DNA from: Lentisphaeria bacterium | GTDB taxonomy: Bacteria; Verrucomicrobiota; Lentisphaeria; JABSQK01; JAWLHB01 | DNA: 64,000 nt | Reading direction: 5' to 3' | NCBI GenBank assembly: GCA_041690595.1 | Contig: JAWLHB010000006.1 | Coordinates: forward strand, 124,001-188,000 | In this document: positions 27,996 to 37,948 of the stretch, in pieces | Layout: each line of letters opens with the position of its first letter | Position numbering within the stretch: the stretch's first letter is position 1 | Translations under genes and position numbers: made by a program | The notes under the pieces: generated by a model | What the model was told of the DNA's origin: nothing | Databases searched by the model: none | Seen by the model: the letters and a program-made list of their open reading frames with translations, nothing else

Positions 27996-29195
27996 ATGAG
28001 CAAGATCAAAGCCAAGCACGTCTTCACGTCAGAGTCGGTCTCCGAAGGGCATCCCGACAAAGTATGCGATCAGATCTCTGACGCGATAGTGGATGCGTGT
28101 ATCGATAGCGACCCCAACAGCCGCGTCGCCTGCGAATGCTTGGCCACCACCGGTTTTCTGTGCATTGCCGGTGAGATTACCACCAACAGCAATGTCGATT
28201 TCGAGTCGATCGCCCGCGGGGTCGTCCGCCAGATCGGTTATAATGACAAGAGCGTCGGCTTCGATGCCGACAGCTGCGAGGTCATGGTCCGGGTTCACGA
28301 GCAGTCGCAGAACATCGCCCAGGGCGTCAACGAAGGTGAGGGGCTCTTCAAGGAACAGGGCGCCGGCGATCAAGGGATGATGTTTGGCTATGCCAGCGAT
28401 GAGACCCCGCAACTGATGCCAGCGCCGATTCTTTACGCGCATCGTCTGGTCGAGCGGCTAGCGGAACTGCGCCACAACGAGCCGGAAACGTACGCGTATC
28501 TGCGCCCCGACTCCAAGAGCCAGGTCTCCGTAGCTTATGACGACGGCCATCCTCTCGCGGTGAAGACCATTGTGGTCTCGCACCAGCATACTCCCGATGC
28601 CCAGATCGCGGTTCTTGAGAAGCTGGTTCGCGACGTCACGCATGAGGTGATTCCAGCGGAGTTGCTGCACAACGAGATCGAGTACTACGTCAACCCGACG
28701 GGTCGTTTCGAGATTGGCGGACCGCACGGGGACTGCGGTCTGACCGGACGCAAGATCATCGTGGATACGTACGGCGGAGTGGGCTGCCATGGCGGTGGTG
28801 CTTTCAGCGGCAAGGATCCGAGCAAGGTGGATCGTTCCGCGGCCTACATGTGCCGTTATATCGCCAAGAATGTGGTGGCGGCGGGTCTTGCGTCGAAGTG
28901 CGAAGTGCAGGTTGCCTACGCGATCGGGGTCTCCCATCCGTTGAGCATCAATGTGGAAACCTTCGGCACGGGCAAGGTCAGCGATCAGAAGCTGCAGAGC
29001 ATCCTCGAAGCGCATGAAATCTTCGACTTGCGTCCGGCCATGATCATCCACCACCTCGGGCTCAAGCAGCCTCGCGTCAACGGCTGGAGTTACCAGAAGT
29101 CGGCGAGCTATGGCCACTTCGGGCGCGACCTCTTCCCCTGGGAGAAGACCGACAAGGTTGATGCGCTGAAAGCCGCGGCGAACCGGGCGGACTAA
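27996..29195 (+). CDS. metK: S-adenosylmethionine synthetase
   Basis: [49 protein letters not shown]. Confidence 0.99.
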   Translation: MSKIKAKHVFTSESVSEGHPDKVCDQISDAIVDACIDSDPNSRVACECLATTGFLCIAGEITTNSNVDFESIARGVVRQIGYNDKSVGFDADSCEVMVRVHEQSQNIAQGVNEGEGLFKEQGAGDQGMMFGYASDETPQLMPAPILYAHRLVERLAELRHNEPETYAYLRPDSKSQVSVAYDDGHPLAVKTIVVSHQHTPDAQIAVLEKLVRDVTHEVIPAELLHNEIEYYVNPTGRFEIGGPHGDCGLTGRKIIVDTYGGVGCHGGGAFSGKDPSKVDRSAAYMCRYIAKNVVAAGLASKCEVQVAYAIGVSHPLSINVETFGTGKVSDQKLQSILEAHEIFDLRPAMIIHHLGLKQPRVNGWSYQKSASYGHFGRDLFPWEKTDKVDALKAAANRAD

Positions 29196-30181
29196 TGATC
29201 CAGCAGAACGGCTATGACATTATCGGAATCGGCTCACCGCTGATCGATCGGCTCGCCAATGTGGATGAGGGTTGGCTTGCCACGGTTCCTGGCGCCAAAG
29301 GCGGGATGGAGCTGATTGACGGCGAAGCGATCCAGGCGTTGCTGGGCCGTCTGGTGGCCGAGCCCGTCTCGGTTGCCGGCGGTTCTGCCGCGAATACGAC
29401 ATTCGGGCTAGCGACGCTGGGCATGCGCTGCACCTTCCTGGGCAAACTCGGGCAGGACGCGGATGGTGAACTGTATGCGCGGCTTTTTGCCGAAGCCGGA
29501 GTCGATCCCAGCCGCTTCAAGTATACGCCAGCCGTAGCCACGGGCCAGTGTCTGTGCCTGATCACGCCGGATTCGGAGCGGACGATGCGCACGTGTCTGG
29601 GAGCCGCCATGACGCTGGATCCCGCGGAAATCACGCCGGAGGATTTTGCCGGTTGCCGCCATGCTCATCTTGAGGGCTATGTCCTCTTCAACCCGTTGTT
29701 GACGGAGCGCGTGCTGGAATGTGCGAAGGCGGCGAACTGCACGATCAGCCTGGATCTGGCGTCGTTTGAAGTGGTCAAAGCGAACGAAGCTATTCTCGAC
29801 AAGCTGCTTTCGAACTATATTGACATCGTTTTTGCTAACGAGGACGAAGCGAAGGCCTATTGCGGCTCGGATGATCCCGAAGACGGCTTGAAGGCCCTAG
29901 CTGCCCGTTGCCATACGGCGGCGGTGAAGCTTGGAGCGAAAGGAGCATTACTGCAGCGTGGTGACGAGATCGTGCGGGTGGATGCCGAGCGGGTAGACGC
30001 CATCGACACAACAGGAGCGGGCGACCTGTGGGCTGCCGGCTTTCTTTACGCTTATTTCAACAACCGCGATCTGGCCACGTGCGGCCGTCATGGCGCGGTT
30101 ACCGGCGCCGAAGTGGTCCAGATACTGGGCGCGGCAATTCCCAGCGAGCGCTGGAACATTATCAAGGAGAAACTCAGATGA
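29195..30181 (+). CDS. PfkB family kinase, probable adenosine kinase
   Basis: [37 protein letters not shown]; lies between metK and ahcY. Confidence 0.85.
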   Translation: MIQQNGYDIIGIGSPLIDRLANVDEGWLATVPGAKGGMELIDGEAIQALLGRLVAEPVSVAGGSAANTTFGLATLGMRCTFLGKLGQDADGELYARLFAEAGVDPSRFKYTPAVATGQCLCLITPDSERTMRTCLGAAMTLDPAEITPEDFAGCRHAHLEGYVLFNPLLTERVLECAKAANCTISLDLASFEVVKANEAILDKLLSNYIDIVFANEDEAKAYCGSDDPEDGLKALAARCHTAAVKLGAKGALLQRGDEIVRVDAERVDAIDTTGAGDLWAAGFLYAYFNNRDLATCGRHGAVTGAEVVQILGAAIPSERWNIIKEKLR

Positions 30182-31596
30182 GCACATCGATCACGGAAGC
30201 GCTGGACTACAAGGTCCGGGATATCTCTCTCGCCGCCTACGGCCGCAAGGAAATCGAGATTGCGGAGCACGAGATGCCGGGGCTGATGGCCTGCCGCGAG
30301 AAATACGGCAAGGAGAAGCCCCTGAAGGGCGCCCGCATCATGGGCAGCCTTCACATGACGATACAAACCGCCGTCCTCATCGAGACGCTTGTCGAGCTCG
30401 GCGCGGATGTGCGCTGGTGCTCCTGCAACATCTTCTCGACGCAGGACCACGCCGCGGCCGCCATCGCCGAAGCGGGCATTCCGGTCTTTGCATGGAAAGG
30501 GGAGACGCTGGAGGAGTACTGGTGGTGCACCCAGCAGGCCATCACCTTCCCTGGCGGCAAGGGCCCCAATCTGATTGTTGACGATGGTGGCGATGCCACG
30601 CTCCTCATCCATCGGGGCTATGCCGCCGAAGATGACAGCGCCTTCCTGGACGAGCCCACCGACAACCACGAACTGGCCGTCATCAACCAGCTCGTCAAGG
30701 ATATTCTCGCCGAAGATCCTCGGCGGTGGCACAATGTGGTGAAGGAGTGGAAGGGAGTCTCGGAGGAGACGACCACCGGGGTCCATCGCCTCTACCACAT
30801 GCAGAGAAAGGGGACGCTGCTGACGCCGGCCATCAACGTCAACGATTCGGTGACCAAGTCGAAGTTCGACAACCTGTATGGTTGCCGCCATTCGCTGGTG
30901 GACGGGCTGAATCGGGCCATGGACGTCATGCTCAGCGGCAAGGTCGCGGTAGTGTGTGGGTATGGCGATGTGGGCAAGGGCTGCTGCCAATCGCTTCGCG
31001 GCCAGGGATGCCGTGTTCTGGTCACCGAGATCGACCCCATCTGCGCGCTTCAGGCCACGATGGAAGGTTACCAGGTGCTGACCTTGGAGGATGCGCTGCC
31101 CTATGCCGATGTCTATGTGACCACCACCGGGAACAAGGACATCATCACGGTGGAGCACATGGCGGCGATGAAGGACCAGGCCATCGTCTGCAATATCGGC
31201 CATTTCGACAATGAGATCCAGATGAACAAGCTGAGCCGTGTGCCCGGCATCAGCACCACCAACATCAAGCCGCAGGTCGATCGCTGGACCTTCCCGGATG
31301 GCAAGAGCATCTACATTCTGGCCGAAGGACGGCTTGTCAATCTCGGTTGTGCCACCGGTCATCCGAGTTTCGTGATGAGCAACTCGTTCACGAATCAGGT
31401 GCTTGCGCAGATCGATCTGTGGACGAATCCACGCCCGATCGGGGTCTATGTCCTGCCCAAGGAGCTTGACGAAGAGGTGGCGCGACTGCACCTTTCGAAA
31501 CTGGGCGTGAAGCTGACGAGGCTGACCGCGGATCAGGCAGATTATATCGGCGTTCCGCTGGATGGACCGTACAAATCGGATCAATACCGTTACTGA
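30178..31596 (+). CDS. ahcY: Adenosylhomocysteinase
   Basis: [48 protein letters not shown]. Confidence 0.99.
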   Translation: MSTSITEALDYKVRDISLAAYGRKEIEIAEHEMPGLMACREKYGKEKPLKGARIMGSLHMTIQTAVLIETLVELGADVRWCSCNIFSTQDHAAAAIAEAGIPVFAWKGETLEEYWWCTQQAITFPGGKGPNLIVDDGGDATLLIHRGYAAEDDSAFLDEPTDNHELAVINQLVKDILAEDPRRWHNVVKEWKGVSEETTTGVHRLYHMQRKGTLLTPAINVNDSVTKSKFDNLYGCRHSLVDGLNRAMDVMLSGKVAVVCGYGDVGKGCCQSLRGQGCRVLVTEIDPICALQATMEGYQVLTLEDALPYADVYVTTTGNKDIITVEHMAAMKDQAIVCNIGHFDNEIQMNKLSRVPGISTTNIKPQVDRWTFPDGKSIYILAEGRLVNLGCATGHPSFVMSNSFTNQVLAQIDLWTNPRPIGVYVLPKELDEEVARLHLSKLGVKLTRLTADQADYIGVPLDGPYKSDQYRY

Positions 31597-31710
31597 TCGA
31601 CGCGAGTTCCAGCCAGGCCAGTGAGCGCCACATCGACGCCCCCTGGCCTGTTTCATTTCCGCAGCCGTGCGAATGGTCCCGAATGACGCCCCCCGCATAG
31701 AGGAATCGAG

Positions 31711-33873
31711 ATGAAGGAAACAACCCTTGCCGCCTACACCTTCGGCGAACTTGTCGTCCAGTACGTCAAGAACGAGACAGGTGTCGTTGGCCTGCGCATG
31801 CTGCCCGCTTCGCGCCTCCGGGACGTGCTGCAGCATCGTGAGACGCTGCTGGGCGATGTTGCGGTGGCCGGGCTTCCAACTGGCGATCAGCTTCCGGCTG
31901 CCACACTCGACCCGCTGGTGCACGTCAAGATCGTGGGGGATGCGAGCAAAGGCGGCTTCACGCAGGGCATCACGATGCGTGGCAGCGCCTCGACATCAGC
32001 CCTGCGGTTGCGCGATCATCTCCGGCAGGACGACGGCGATCACTGCCGGGTCGTCACGACCTTGGGTCACCCCGCGGGTTGGCAGGTTCAGCATATCCTT
32101 CAGCATACCGGCAACGATCCCTTTGTGCGGGTTCATTGCGAACTGACCAACAGCTCGCCGACGACGATTGGGGTCGAGCTTCTGACCAGCTTCAACCTGA
32201 CGGGGATCAGCCCTTTCAGCGTCGACTATGCCGCGGAAGCGTTGCGCCTCCATCGCTTCCGCAGTCACTGGAGTGCCGAGGGGCGTCATGAGGCCCGCCT
32301 GCTTGAAGATCTACACCTGGAACGGAGCTGGGCGGGCTTTGCCACCGTCTGCGAACGCTTCGGGCAGGTAGGTTCCATGCCGGTGCGCGGCTGGTTTCCC
32401 TTCATCGCCGTCGAAGATGTACCGCGTGGCGTCTTCTGGGGCGCCCAACTCGCGTGGAGCGGTTCCTGGCAGATGGAGATATCCCGCGATGACGATTTTG
32501 TTTCGATTTCCGGTGGACTTGCCGACCGGGAGTTCGGCCATTGGCTCAAGCACCTGGCGCCCGGCGAAAGTCTCGTGTCGCCGGGGGCGACGCTCGCCGC
32601 GGTCAATGGCGATCTGGACGACCTCTGCCACGCGCTGCTCGCGGCGCAGGAGCCTGCGGAGGGGGCCATCGTCAAGGCGGAAGAGGAGCTTCCAGTCATC
32701 TTCAACGAATGGTGCACGACTTGGGGGAACCCCACTCACGATAAGGTGATCGCGATTGCCGATGCCATCGCGGAACTGGGTGTCCGTTACCTTGTGCTCG
32801 ATGCCGGGTGGTATGCGCCGAAGGCGAGCGACTGGGGAAAAGCGGCGGGGGACTGGATCCCCAACTCGGGCATGTATCCCGATGGTCTGGCGGCCACCGC
32901 GGCGGCCATCCGCGAGCGCGGGCTGGTCCCTGGGCTCTGGTTTGAGTTTGAATGCATCGGTCCCGATTCAGAGGCTTGGAGCGCGCATCAGGATCATCAA
33001 CTCACCCGCGATAGACTGCCCCTTGCCAGCGGCAACCGTCGTTTCTGGGACATGCGAGATCCATGGTGCCATGACTACCTTGAAGCACGCGTCATCGACC
33101 GGCTGCGCGAGTGCGGGTTCGGTTATCTGAAGGTGGATTACAACGACACCATCGGCATTGGCGCCGATGGCGCCGACTCTCACGGTGAAGCTCTGCGTCA
33201 GCACGTGGAGGGCGTTCTTGGTTTCTTCCGTCATATCCGCCGCGAGTTGCCGGAGCTGACGATCGAATCGTGCTCCAGCGGCGGTCATCGGCTGGAGCCC
33301 CTGATGATGAGCCATGTCGACATGGGCTCGTTCAGCGACGCGCACGAGGGGCTCGAGATCCCGATCATTGCCGCGAGCCTGCAGCGGCTCATTCTGCCCC
33401 GGCAATCTCAGATCTGGGCGGTTCTGCGCGGTACCGACGGTGGAAACCGCCTCCTCTATTCGCTGGCCGCCACCTTCCTCGGGCGCATGTGCCTCTCGGG
33501 TGACATCGGGAAGCTCTCGGCCAGTCAGCTCGATGTCGTTCGCCAGGCCATCGGGCTCTACGGCCATGCTGCCCCCATCATTCGCCGGGGGAAGAGCCGG
33601 CATTATGGCCCGACTCTGACCAGCTGGCGCGCCCCACAGCACTGGCAGGCTGTTCTTCGCACGAGTTCCGACGAAAGGTCGGCACTGGTCGTGCTCCACA
33701 CCTTCTCGCTGGAAGATCCGCAGACCGTCACGGTCCCCCTGCCCAAGGGCGATTGGGAGATTGCGGAATACCTGGCCAATCCGGAACACGCGCTATCCAT
33801 CGTGGATGACGAGCTGCTCTGGCATGAACCCGTTCCCTTCACGGCGGCGGTGGTTCTCCTGCGACAGCGTTGA
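31711..33873 (+). CDS. Alpha-galactosidase (GH36)
   Basis: FNEWCTTW, LVLDAGW, GLWFEFE, YLKVDYN, ESCSSGGHR. Confidence 0.88.
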   Translation: MKETTLAAYTFGELVVQYVKNETGVVGLRMLPASRLRDVLQHRETLLGDVAVAGLPTGDQLPAATLDPLVHVKIVGDASKGGFTQGITMRGSASTSALRLRDHLRQDDGDHCRVVTTLGHPAGWQVQHILQHTGNDPFVRVHCELTNSSPTTIGVELLTSFNLTGISPFSVDYAAEALRLHRFRSHWSAEGRHEARLLEDLHLERSWAGFATVCERFGQVGSMPVRGWFPFIAVEDVPRGVFWGAQLAWSGSWQMEISRDDDFVSISGGLADREFGHWLKHLAPGESLVSPGATLAAVNGDLDDLCHALLAAQEPAEGAIVKAEEELPVIFNEWCTTWGNPTHDKVIAIADAIAELGVRYLVLDAGWYAPKASDWGKAAGDWIPNSGMYPDGLAATAAAIRERGLVPGLWFEFECIGPDSEAWSAHQDHQLTRDRLPLASGNRRFWDMRDPWCHDYLEARVIDRLRECGFGYLKVDYNDTIGIGADGADSHGEALRQHVEGVLGFFRHIRRELPELTIESCSSGGHRLEPLMMSHVDMGSFSDAHEGLEIPIIAASLQRLILPRQSQIWAVLRGTDGGNRLLYSLAATFLGRMCLSGDIGKLSASQLDVVRQAIGLYGHAAPIIRRGKSRHYGPTLTSWRAPQHWQAVLRTSSDERSALVVLHTFSLEDPQTVTVPLPKGDWEIAEYLANPEHALSIVDDELLWHEPVPFTAAVVLLRQR

Positions 33874-33877
33874 CCGC

Positions 33878-34210
33878 GACGCGGGGACGCGGGGACGCGG
33901 GGATGGGCGGAGGTATGCAGGAGGATTAACCACAGAGAACGCAAAGATCGCAAAGAACGAGCTGGGGACGCGCGGGGCGCGGGGGACGCGGGGATGGGCG
34001 GAGATATGCAGGAGGATTAACCACAAAGAACGCAAAGATCGCAAAGAACGAGTTGGGGAGCGCGGGGACGCGCGGGGACGCGGGGATGCTGCGTTGGGGC
34101 AAGGAGAGAAAGGAGACGAAGAAGACGGGTCGGACAATGGTCTGACGAGTCTGACAAGTCTGACGGGTCGGACGTGGTGGACCGGGCGAGGTCGGACGTA
34201 GTCTGACGGG
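33878..34210 (+). repeat. Composite intergenic repeat, same family as 21541-21824
   Basis: Units at 33892 and 33983, then GTCTGACRR 9-mers at ~34125-34210. Confidence 0.9.
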
Positions 34211-34335
34211 TTGGGGCGAGGGGGTGAAAGGAGACAGATCCAGGCATTTTTGCAGATATTGCAAAAGCGCGTTTGAAATGCTATCCTATTTCATATACCT
34301 ATTGTAGAAATATGGATTCACCTTGGGAGGTTACC

Positions 34336-35103
34336 ATGAAGGTGCAGCGCCGCCCCCGATTTACCCTCGTCGAGTTATTGGTTGTGATTACCATAATCGC
34401 GATTCTGGCAAGTCTGCTTTTGCCTGCGCTCGCCTCCGCGAAGGCGAAGGCTCGAAAGGCTGCATGCCTCTCGAATGTGCGTCAGCAACTGATTGGCATC
34501 GCGTTGTATGCAGATATTGCGGATGGCTTCTGCCCACCCACCTATTATTCGCAGCATAGTGGAACGGTTGCCGCCTACCAATATCTGGCCACCGAAGACT
34601 ACGGGCGGGACTGGGGCGCCAACGACGGCTTCTACGTCGGCCTTGGTCTGCTGGCTTCGGAAGGTCTCATGGAAGCGCCCAAGAGTCCGAATGGTAATGC
34701 GGCGCCGGATGGGGCGCCGGCCTTGCGTTGCGAGAGCGCTCGCTGGTTTCAGCCGGCAGCGCTTTCGCGCTGGAATCTTGCCTACAGCGGCAATGCCGCC
34801 TCATGCGTCTACCTGCGCGGTTCCTACATGTATCGCGGCATGGGTTCTCTCGACTGGCCATACGGCAATCGCCCGCGCATCGGCCCGCGCCTGAGTTCAG
34901 TTGCGGAGTATACGGCGGTGTGGGACCAGGGATATGGGCGCTGGAGCGGCTGGTCGTGGACGAACAGCCATGAGGATGGCTATTACAACATTGGCTTCTT
35001 CGACGGCGCGGGCAAGGGCGTAGGCGATCCCGGTTGGGGCAAGACACGCGCCACCACCTACTATGCCGTGGCACTGGCCACCTGGTTCGACAAGAAGCGT
35101 TAG
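34336..35103 (+). CDS. Prepilin-type N-terminal cleavage/methylation domain protein (PVC type)
   Basis: [25 protein letters not shown]...CLSNVRQ; C-terminal [21 protein letters not shown]. Confidence 0.9.
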   Translation: MKVQRRPRFTLVELLVVITIIAILASLLLPALASAKAKARKAACLSNVRQQLIGIALYADIADGFCPPTYYSQHSGTVAAYQYLATEDYGRDWGANDGFYVGLGLLASEGLMEAPKSPNGNAAPDGAPALRCESARWFQPAALSRWNLAYSGNAASCVYLRGSYMYRGMGSLDWPYGNRPRIGPRLSSVAEYTAVWDQGYGRWSGWSWTNSHEDGYYNIGFFDGAGKGVGDPGWGKTRATTYYAVALATWFDKKR

Positions 35104-35130
35104 CCGGCAGGAATAATATTGTTTTCGCGC

Positions 35131-35158
35131 TTGCATGTCGATCAAGGCCATGTATTGT
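35131..35158 (+). promoter_or_regulatory. Putative sigma70 promoter of rhlE
   Basis: TTGCAT-N16-TATTGT with TG just upstream of the -10. Confidence 0.4.
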
Positions 35159-35312
35159 ACTGCCCTTCCGGTGAGTCCGCCTTCATGGACTTGCCATTAT
35201 TTCAGGGCAGTTTGACAGTAGTCATGCTTGCCAATCGCCGCGATGATTGCGGCCCTTTCTTTTCCACGTGTCCGGCGGGCAGAGAGTTGTAGAACGCCGG
35301 ATCAGGAATAGT

Positions 35313-36668
35313 ATGAAAGATATCGCAGAAGCGCCCCAGGCGCAGTTGGAGTCGTTTGCCCCGCAATCAACCACCACGGCACCCGAGGGCGTATTCAGCC
35401 TGTTGCTGCCGGAACTGCAGAAAGCCGTCGCGGCATCAGGTTATGTGACCCCCACGCCCATCCAAGAGCAGTGCATTCAGCATCTGCTGGACGGACGCGA
35501 TCTGATGGGCACCGCGCAAACCGGCACCGGCAAGACGGCGGCCTTCGTCCTGCCACTGCTGCAGCGCCTCTGGCTGAGCAATCAACACCCCCGGAAGAAT
35601 TGTCCAGCGGCCCTTATTCTGGCGCCCACTCGGGAACTCGCCGCCCAGATTGGCGACAGCATCGAGACTTACGGCCGTTACCTGCGCCTGAGCCACACTA
35701 CCGTTTTCGGCGGTGTCAGCCAGTTCAATCAGGTCAAGGCCTTGAAGAAAGGCGTTGACATTCTGGTGGCAACACCTGGGCGGCTGCTCGACCTCATGGA
35801 GCAGGGATTCATCCACTTGGACGACGTCGACACCTTTATTCTCGACGAAGTGGATCGCATGCTCGACATGGGTTTTCTGCCCGACATCAAGCGGGTCCTG
35901 GCCAAGATCCCGGCGGAACGGCAGACGCTCTTCTTCTCGGCCACGATGGCGCCCAAGATGGCCGAGCTTGCGTCGACGATCGTTCGCAATCCGGTGCGGG
36001 TGAGCGTAACTCCGGACAAGCCGGCAGTGGAGCGGATCTCGCAGAAGGTGCTCTTCGTGAACAAGAAGAACAAGGACGCGCTGCTGGTAAACCTGTTGAG
36101 CGATTCGAAGGTGAAGGCGATCGTCTTTACGCAGATGAAGCATGCGGCCAATCGCGTGGTGGACAAGCTTTATGCGGCGGGAATCCACGGTACCGCCATT
36201 CATGGCAACAAGAGCCAGGCGGCGCGGACCAAGGCCTTGGACGGCTTCAAGCGCAGCCGCTACCGGGTCCTGGTGGCTACGGACGTGGCGGCGCGCGGAC
36301 TGGATGTCGATGACATCACGCACGTTATCAATTACGATCTGCCCATGGAGGCGGAGACCTACGTGCACCGTATCGGGCGAACCGGCCGGGCAGGCGCGGA
36401 AGGCGACGCCATCTCCTTCTGCAGTGCCGAAGACCGGGCCTATCTTCGTGATATCGAACGCCTCCTCGGCAAGGCGGTAGACGCCGATATGAATCATGAG
36501 TACCATTGCGACGAAGCTTTCCGTTCCACCGCATCGGCGCCGAAGAATTTTGGACGCGGCGGCGGTGGCGGCGGCGGGCGTCGTCAATCCGGTGGCGGAG
36601 GTGGACGTGGCGGCAGCACCCGCGGCAAGTCAACCCGCACCCGCGGTCGCACCTACAGCGGCCGATAG
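35313..36668 (+). CDS. rhlE: DEAD-box RNA helicase, RhlE-like
   Basis: PTPIQ, AQTGTGKT, PTRELA, TPGRL, DEVD, SAT, ARGLD, HRIGRTGRAG; G/R-rich tail. Confidence 0.9.
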   Translation: MKDIAEAPQAQLESFAPQSTTTAPEGVFSLLLPELQKAVAASGYVTPTPIQEQCIQHLLDGRDLMGTAQTGTGKTAAFVLPLLQRLWLSNQHPRKNCPAALILAPTRELAAQIGDSIETYGRYLRLSHTTVFGGVSQFNQVKALKKGVDILVATPGRLLDLMEQGFIHLDDVDTFILDEVDRMLDMGFLPDIKRVLAKIPAERQTLFFSATMAPKMAELASTIVRNPVRVSVTPDKPAVERISQKVLFVNKKNKDALLVNLLSDSKVKAIVFTQMKHAANRVVDKLYAAGIHGTAIHGNKSQAARTKALDGFKRSRYRVLVATDVAARGLDVDDITHVINYDLPMEAETYVHRIGRTGRAGAEGDAISFCSAEDRAYLRDIERLLGKAVDADMNHEYHCDEAFRSTASAPKNFGRGGGGGGGRRQSGGGGGRGGSTRGKSTRTRGRTYSGR

Positions 36669-36714
36669 CAGTCTGTTCGCGCCTCGCTGTTTAATGGCAG
36701 GCGCTTTGATATAC

Positions 36715-36761
36715 AGGAAGGCAGGTCGATCCCTTTAACGGGCGACCTGCCTTTCCTCTTT
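36715..36761 (+). terminator. Rho-independent terminator
   Basis: aaggcaggtcg...cgacctgcctt followed by tcctcttt. Confidence 0.7.
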
Positions 36762-36798
36762 ATGCGTCGGACGGGGCAAGGGGCGAACGGGGCTGGGG

Positions 36799-36845
36799 GG
36801 ATCTGGCGGATCGGACGGATCTGGCGGATCTGGCGGATCGGATGG
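36799..36845 (+). repeat. 9-bp tandem repeat (GGATCTGGC/GGATCGGAC) x5
   Basis: Read directly; reverse-strand relative at 59730-59768. Confidence 0.85.
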
Positions 36846-36911
36846 GCAAGTAGCAGGGCCGTTGGGGGAGAACGGCCTAAGTCGCCGCTCGAAGACGCGG
36901 GGGGCAGCTCT

Positions 36912-37733
36912 TCAAGGGGTGGTCTTGATGAACTGTCGTCCAGAGTAGTCGAGGTGCTTGAGTCGAGGTGCAATGGACCGCTTCTCGAAGAACTCGTCGA
37001 CAGCCTTGCGGGCACCTTTCCAGAAGCCATAGTCGTCGATCTGAATAATGCCACCCTCGACGACCTTGTCGTAGAGGAGATCCAGGCAGCTCTTGACGCT
37101 TTCGTACCAGTCGCCGTCGAGATGGAGTACGGCGATACGATCCACGGCAGCACCGGGCAAGGTCTCCTGGAAAAGCCCTTTGATGAAGAGCGCCTGATCC
37201 TGAATGCCCAGTTCAGTAAACGAAGCAGTCACATCTTCCAGGGAACCTCGACACCTGCCGGTATAGAGGTTGGCGATCTCGAAATCGGGATCATCACTGG
37301 TAGGTGGCGGCAATCCTTCAAAGGTATCGAAGACCCAGAGCTTCCGTTGGTCATCCTCGAGGAGCTTGAGGGTAAGCCCCATCAGAGCGGCGCTTCCCCC
37401 ACGTGCGGTCCCACACTCGACGATGTCTCCCGAAATATCCTGCGCGACAACATGCCTGACCGCGTTGTGCAGCCCCCGCAGGCGGGCGTTGCTGCACATG
37501 GTAATGTCCTTGACCTGGCGGTAAAGCCTGGAGAACTCCGACGGGGAAACCAAGTCGTAGGCGTGTGTGGCCTTGCGCAGCGCATGTGAGGCAACCAGTC
37601 GTGGATCCTTGAGCCTGTACAGAATGTCCCTGAAGGCGTAACGATGGTACTTCACGTGAGCTCGATCCTCTGTTTCTGCATGGTAAGCCGGGGGAGCGAG
37701 AAGATGGGCCAAGCTGAAGTGTTGCCCCCCCAT
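36912..37733 (-). CDS. TylF/MycF family O-methyltransferase
   Basis: GDIVECGTARGGS, FDTFEGLP, KGLFQETLP, LHLDGDWYES, IDDYG. Confidence 0.92.
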   Translation of the reverse strand: MGGQHFSLAHLLAPPAYHAETEDRAHVKYHRYAFRDILYRLKDPRLVASHALRKATHAYDLVSPSEFSRLYRQVKDITMCSNARLRGLHNAVRHVVAQDISGDIVECGTARGGSAALMGLTLKLLEDDQRKLWVFDTFEGLPPPTSDDPDFEIANLYTGRCRGSLEDVTASFTELGIQDQALFIKGLFQETLPGAAVDRIAVLHLDGDWYESVKSCLDLLYDKVVEGGIIQIDDYGFWKGARKAVDEFFEKRSIAPRLKHLDYSGRQFIKTTP

Positions 37734-37948
37734 GGTGGGCTCCTTCCCGGTAACAAAACGACCTGCGTAATCTTCCCCTTGGCACCGTGTAATACAAGCA
37801 GCGGAGAAGGAATAATGCGGAAGTCATCAGAAGTAGCTGGAAGTCGTTTTCCGCAAGTTGCAAAAGGGATGTATGGCAGTATAGTAAGTGAGCACTTCTT
37901 GCCATTCGCAGTTACCACTATTCCTGGCCGTGCGCAGGTGGCCACCTC

